Assembly: GCA_002502365.1 (NCBI GenBank)
Contig: DAOJ01000065.1
Coordinates: 7,547-71,546 of the forward strand
Direction of reading: 5' to 3'
Length of the DNA: 64,000 nt
From: Euryarchaeota archaeon UBA106
Lineage (GTDB): Archaea; Thermoplasmatota; Poseidoniia; Poseidoniales; Thalassarchaeaceae
The notes below the pieces were generated by a model, which saw only the letters and a program-made list of their open reading frames with translations, was not told where the DNA came from and searched no databases. Below, one piece after another: positions 60,054 to 64,000 of the stretch. The position numbers were made by a program, and so were the translations under genes. How positions within the stretch are numbered: the first letter of the stretch is position 1; the number at the start of each line of letters is the position of its first letter.

Positions 60054-62339
60054 TCACTTCTTTTGTTGGCGCTTACGTGCCTGAATCATCTTTTTCATGT
60101 TGCCAATAAGCCCGCTCGCTTCATTTTTGGTGATTTCATCAATAGTGGTTGTATCGGCTAGTGCCATAGCATCTTCAATACTCATGTCTAGATTTTCAGC
60201 CATCGATTGAATAGTCGATACCTGTTTTTCTGTTGCTGGAGAATTCTTGTCTATAGAAATCAAATCATTAATCAATTTACTTGCAGTACCATCACGTCCA
60301 CCTGTTAAATCATCGATATCATTGTGCCCCAAATCAGATAACATCTGAGAAAGATCCACTTTGTTCTTATCGGATAATCTGATAATTAATGCAACCTGTT
60401 TTTCACTTGGCGGAACATTACCATCTGAGGAATTGTTTAATTCTTCAATAATCCTTCTTGCATCTTCTCCAGTAAGTTCTTCGAATTTTTTCCCAGCCAA
60501 AATCTTTGATTTTGTTTCTTCGTCCATGCGAGACATTCTATTTCGCATAAAATTCAATTGTTTGACTGTAGGTTTTTCTTTACGTAATTCGAGTGCATTA
60601 TTGTGCATATTTCTAAAATCTGAGACAAATACGTGCCAAATATTTGCACCACTCGTGTCTCCGTGCTCTACTCGGTCTAAGTTTGCCTCCATCAAAGCAG
60701 TAAATTTAGGTGTAAACAAACCCTCTGAAATTGTTTGGGAGCTGTTCTCTTCAGAGCCATAGAATGGCACAACTTCTATCCAGAGTAATTTTCCATTTTC
60801 GGTAGGAATTAGTGAACTTCCATCCTTATTCACGTATCCTCTGTCGACTAATTTACCAACAGTTGTGAGATATGTAGAAGGCCTCCCTATGTCCGCTTTT
60901 TTCATTTCTCTAATTATAGAACTCTCTGTGAATCTTCGAGGAGGTTTAGTTTCGTCGGATGTGAGTAATGGGTTATCCTCATTATTCGAAAATTGCCATT
61001 TCGATCCAACATCAAAACCAATTTTGGGAGGTTCAGTTTGAACTTGTTTATCTGCCGAATAAACAATTTCCCAACCCGCATGAATTCTCCAAGAACTAGT
61101 GCCATACAATGGCCTATCTACACTGTTAACCTTAGTGACGAGATTTCTTGTTTCTCTTATTGAATCTGACATTTGGCTGGCAGCGAACCTTCCCCAGATT
61201 AATCTGTATAGAGCTTGTTGATCTTCATCGACTCCCGTTAGTGTCTTGATTTCTGGTTGTGTTGGCCTAATCGCTTCGTGGGCATCCTGTACGTTACTCG
61301 CCCCTTTTTTTGCATCGGGCCCCAAAGCTCCAGGCCCAAGATAATTTTCACCGTGTTCGGTTTTGATTAACTTACGTATTCTATCTCTTGCATCCTTGCT
61401 TGTTCTAGTTGAATCGGTCCTAATGTAAGTAATATGCCCTGCCTGATAGAGAGCCGTTGCCACTCTACTAGTTCTCCCTATTGCCCATCCCATTCGGCCG
61501 TTAGCTGCTCTTAGCATAGATTCTGTTGTAAACGGAGGCTGAGGTTTTCTCTTGTTTGTTCCCTCCTTAACAGATTGTATTGTCATTTCACCTGCGTTCT
61601 GTAATGCGAGTAATGTGTCATTTGCTAATTTCCCATCAAAAGTTCTGTCTGGGAAATGTTTCCCATCATCATCGAACCAAGCGTCGCTATCCTCCTTTTC
61701 ATGGAAGCGGACCTTGAAAGATACTCCGTTTGAATCAACGGAAATTGAATGATAAGGGATTGGCACATGAGCTTCTCTTTCTATCTCTCGTTCTACTATG
61801 AATCCTAAAGTAGGTGTTTGTACTCTACCCATAGAAGAAAGATTCCAAGATCGGCTGAATCTTGAACATCTGTAACCCACTAATCTGTCCATAAACCTAC
61901 GAACTTTGGCTGCATCCACTAAGTCCATATCTATCTCCCTAGGAGTTTCTATTGCTTCCTGAACGGCTGTGTTTGTTATTTCATTAAATGTAACTCGATA
62001 AATCCTGTCATAATCCGAAAAGATTTCTTTGAGCCTCCATGCAATAAATTCCCCCTCTCTATCTGGGTCAGTAGCAATGTAAATCTCTTCCACTGAGTTA
62101 GACTCTGCTTTCTTTCGTAATTTTGTTACAACCTTTTCAGCACGTTCAGTCCAACTCCATGGGGGATTGGGTAACTGACCTTCTTTAGAAGACCACATTG
62201 CCTTATTGTCATGTTTGGTTCCTCCCCTTGAAGGCAAGTCCTGAACGTGTCCATTGCAAGCATCAACTATCCAACCTTTACCTAGGTATTTCTTAATCGT
62301 CCGGGCTTTGGCACCGGACTCTAAAATCATGAACTTCAT
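60054..62339 (-). CDS. topA: Type IA DNA topoisomerase I
   Basis: ILESGAKA, ATDPDREGE, GRVQTP, catalytic ITYIRTDS, AHEAIRPT, IGRPSTY. Confidence 0.96.
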   Translation of the reverse strand: MKFMILESGAKARTIKKYLGKGWIVDACNGHVQDLPSRGGTKHDNKAMWSSKEGQLPNPPWSWTERAEKVVTKLRKKAESNSVEEIYIATDPDREGEFIAWRLKEIFSDYDRIYRVTFNEITNTAVQEAIETPREIDMDLVDAAKVRRFMDRLVGYRCSRFSRSWNLSSMGRVQTPTLGFIVEREIEREAHVPIPYHSISVDSNGVSFKVRFHEKEDSDAWFDDDGKHFPDRTFDGKLANDTLLALQNAGEMTIQSVKEGTNKRKPQPPFTTESMLRAANGRMGWAIGRTSRVATALYQAGHITYIRTDSTRTSKDARDRIRKLIKTEHGENYLGPGALGPDAKKGASNVQDAHEAIRPTQPEIKTLTGVDEDQQALYRLIWGRFAASQMSDSIRETRNLVTKVNSVDRPLYGTSSWRIHAGWEIVYSADKQVQTEPPKIGFDVGSKWQFSNNEDNPLLTSDETKPPRRFTESSIIREMKKADIGRPSTYLTTVGKLVDRGYVNKDGSSLIPTENGKLLWIEVVPFYGSEENSSQTISEGLFTPKFTALMEANLDRVEHGDTSGANIWHVFVSDFRNMHNNALELRKEKPTVKQLNFMRNRMSRMDEETKSKILAGKKFEELTGEDARRIIEELNNSSDGNVPPSEKQVALIIRLSDKNKVDLSQMLSDLGHNDIDDLTGGRDGTASKLINDLISIDKNSPATEKQVSTIQSMAENLDMSIEDAMALADTTTIDEITKNEASGLIGNMKKMIQARKRQQKK

Positions 62340-62410
62340 ATTACCACTTTCATAGTCCGGTTACACGGCTGAATTGCCGTACCACGATTTCCGGTGGCGA
62401 GATGAACACT

Positions 62411-62417
62411 GTATAAA
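62411..62417 (-). promoter_or_regulatory. Putative TATA box for topA
   Basis: TTTATAC on the minus strand about 75 bp upstream of the topA ATG. Confidence 0.4.
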
Positions 62418-62443
62418 CGTGAGTAAGGTTAGAGCGATGCAAG

Positions 62444-62478
62444 GCGCGCGCGCGCATGCCTGTACGTACGCGCGCGTG
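62444..62478. repeat. Alternating purine-pyrimidine, (CG)n-rich tract (potential Z-DNA)
   Basis: GCGCGCGCGCGCATGC-C-TGTACGTACGCGCGCGTG. Confidence 0.85.
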
Positions 62479-62498
62479 AGGAATGTCTCAAATCAGTT

Positions 62499-62909
62499 CT
62501 ACTGTAAATCAAACATTTTTCGAATTTCAGTTTCTTGCCAGGGCAATTCAGCATCTTCCCCTCCACAACCAACACAACCAGGGTAACCTGCACCAGCCAA
62601 TCTGATTACTTCTAGAGACAATTCATCAAACCCAACCTGCAGATCTACCGGTATCCATACTTCCGTTTCTGGTGGTTCAGGAAACCCAATTTGCCCACCT
62701 AACTCTCCGATATTTGTAATTATGATTTGTTCTTTTTTATGGAATTTAATTTCGAACCCAAAATAAAGACTAGGTGCCAGGTCAGAAATTTTTAGGGATA
62801 GAGAATCATCTATGTCAATGTGTTCGGGTGTTTGGATAATTACCCCCCTAGAACGCAACATCCGTCTTGCTAGTTCCCGAATGGATCTAGCACACAATTC
62901 CGCGTTCAT
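62499..62909 (-). CDS. Hypothetical protein with CxxC motif
   Basis: MNAELCARSIRE...GYPGCVGCGG; start trimmed because the longer ORF overlaps pyrD. Confidence 0.6.
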   Translation of the reverse strand: MNAELCARSIRELARRMLRSRGVIIQTPEHIDIDDSLSLKISDLAPSLYFGFEIKFHKKEQIIITNIGELGGQIGFPEPPETEVWIPVDLQVGFDELSLEVIRLAGAGYPGCVGCGGEDAELPWQETEIRKMFDLQ

Positions 62910-62962
62910 GGTTATCGTAATACACGCAAGATTTGAAGGATGCCCATCAAGCCGAACGAAGG

Positions 62963-64000
62963 ATGGGCATACCATATCGATACATAGTCCGTCCTTCTTT
63001 ACGATTTTTAGACTCTGAAAAAGCACACAAATTAACTGTTAATGGCCTATCCAAATTTGCTGAGAACAGAGGTAGCCAGAAATTACTCAGCTCTATTTAC
63101 AGAACTCCGAATCTTCCAATTAACGTATTTGGGAAACTATTCCGACACCCATTAGGACTTGCTGCTGGATTTGATAAATCTGCACAGGCCCTAGGGGCAT
63201 GGCCTTCCCTAGGATTTTCCTGGGCTGAATACGGAGGTATCACACGTTATCCACAAGAGGGAAATCCCAAACCAAGGATGTTTAGATCAAATTCAGATGC
63301 TGCTTTGATTAACCGAATGGGATTTAACAATCCAGGTGCACAAAGTGTCCGCGATACATTAGCGCAAAGAGAAATTTCTGGTAAGTGGCCTAATGTCCCT
63401 TTGGCAGCAAATATTGGACGTTCCAAAACCGTAAGTAACGAAAGAGCCCCACATGATTATGCTGATACATTCAATCTATTGTATGACTATGCAGATATTT
63501 TTGTCCTTAATGTCTCATCTCCTAATACACCAGGGTTAAGGGAGTTACAAGAGGAAGACCACATCAGGGAAGTGGTCAATGCCTGTACTTCAATTAGAGA
63601 CAAAAGGGCTGGTTTGAAACCAATCCTACTGAAATTTTCACCTGATTTAGATAGAGATTCAATCTTATCATGCGCAGGGGCAGCATTATCGTCTGGAATT
63701 GATGGATTTGTGGCAACAAATACAACAATCAGTCGTCCCGCACCGAAAAATACAGGATCTCGAAATTTTCTTTCAGAGAGCGGAGGGTTGTCAGGTAGGC
63801 CACTTCACGAAAAATCTATCCAGTGTATTGGAGATTTATATGATTCAATTGGAAATAAGGTTCCTATTATCGGATGTGGTGGGATAGAATCTCCTGATAC
63901 GGCGTGGAATGCGATTAGCAACGGAGCGACTTTGATACAATTGTATTCAGCCTTAGTTTTCCAAGGTCCATCTGTGGTGTCACAGATTACCAATGGCCTA
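62963..64000 (+). CDS. pyrD: Quinone-dependent dihydroorotate dehydrogenase, class 2 (runs off the window; not in the ORF track)
   Basis: Manual translation: MGIPYRY..LDSEKAH, PLGLAAGFDK, GNPKPRMFR, INRMGFNN, NVSSPNTPGLR, KISPD, GGLSG. Confidence 0.95.
   Translation, partial: MGIPYRYIVRPSLRFLDSEKAHKLTVNGLSKFAENRGSQKLLSSIYRTPNLPINVFGKLFRHPLGLAAGFDKSAQALGAWPSLGFSWAEYGGITRYPQEGNPKPRMFRSNSDAALINRMGFNNPGAQSVRDTLAQREISGKWPNVPLAANIGRSKTVSNERAPHDYADTFNLLYDYADIFVLNVSSPNTPGLRELQEEDHIREVVNACTSIRDKRAGLKPILLKFSPDLDRDSILSCAGAALSSGIDGFVATNTTISRPAPKNTGSRNFLSESGGLSGRPLHEKSIQCIGDLYDSIGNKVPIIGCGGIESPDTAWNAISNGATLIQLYSALVFQGPSVVSQITNGL

Noticed and set aside
62374-62586. 70-aa ORF containing ARAHACTYARV
   Set aside because: This is just the translation of the alternating RY tract; it has a TTG start and overlaps a better ORF antisense.
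1273-63993. Many 60-190 aa antisense or alternate-frame ORFs nested in recognised genes
   Set aside because: They lie within well-supported genes and have no recognisable motifs; treated as shadow ORFs.
1-64000. CRISPR arrays, IS elements, rRNA genes
   Set aside because: I saw no regularly spaced repeats, transposase motifs or long non-coding rRNA-like stretch; intergenic gaps are short.

Overview
Chromosomal DNA from an archaeon, most likely a Thermoplasmata lineage such as Marine Group II / Poseidoniales. This assignment is an inference from the unsplit rpoB, the N-terminally extended RpoA'', an S3Ae-SAP fusion, bacterial-type thyA/folA/plsC/pnt/mdh/pyrD genes and many secreted peptidases. 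The window is gene-dense housekeeping sequence: tRNA-Lys, the rpoH-B-A'-A''-L30e operon, four COG1340-like coiled-coil genes around a membrane-protein/DtxR operon, pdxS, ferredoxin, rps3ae, folA-thyA, plsC, trpS, ZPR1-sepF, psmB-aCPSF1, tRNA-Pro, mdh, pntAA/AB/B, a TatC-like gene, a PolB2 module, endA, pepP, mqnC, a geranylgeranyl reductase, topA and a partial pyrD. I saw no CRISPR array, transposase or integrase. The most interesting signals are: (1) the same ~60-aa extra N-terminal domain on two RNA polymerase subunits, RpoH and RpoA''; (2) a (CG)n-rich alternating purine/pyrimidine tract, prone to Z-DNA, just upstream of the putative topA promoter; (3) the four-paralogue coiled-coil locus with transmembrane partners; (4) a HemK-methyltransferase/biotin-ligase fusion; (5) a PolB2/inactive-RadA cassette with PIP-like boxes on both proteins. 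All family calls come from motif recognition by eye, not database searches.
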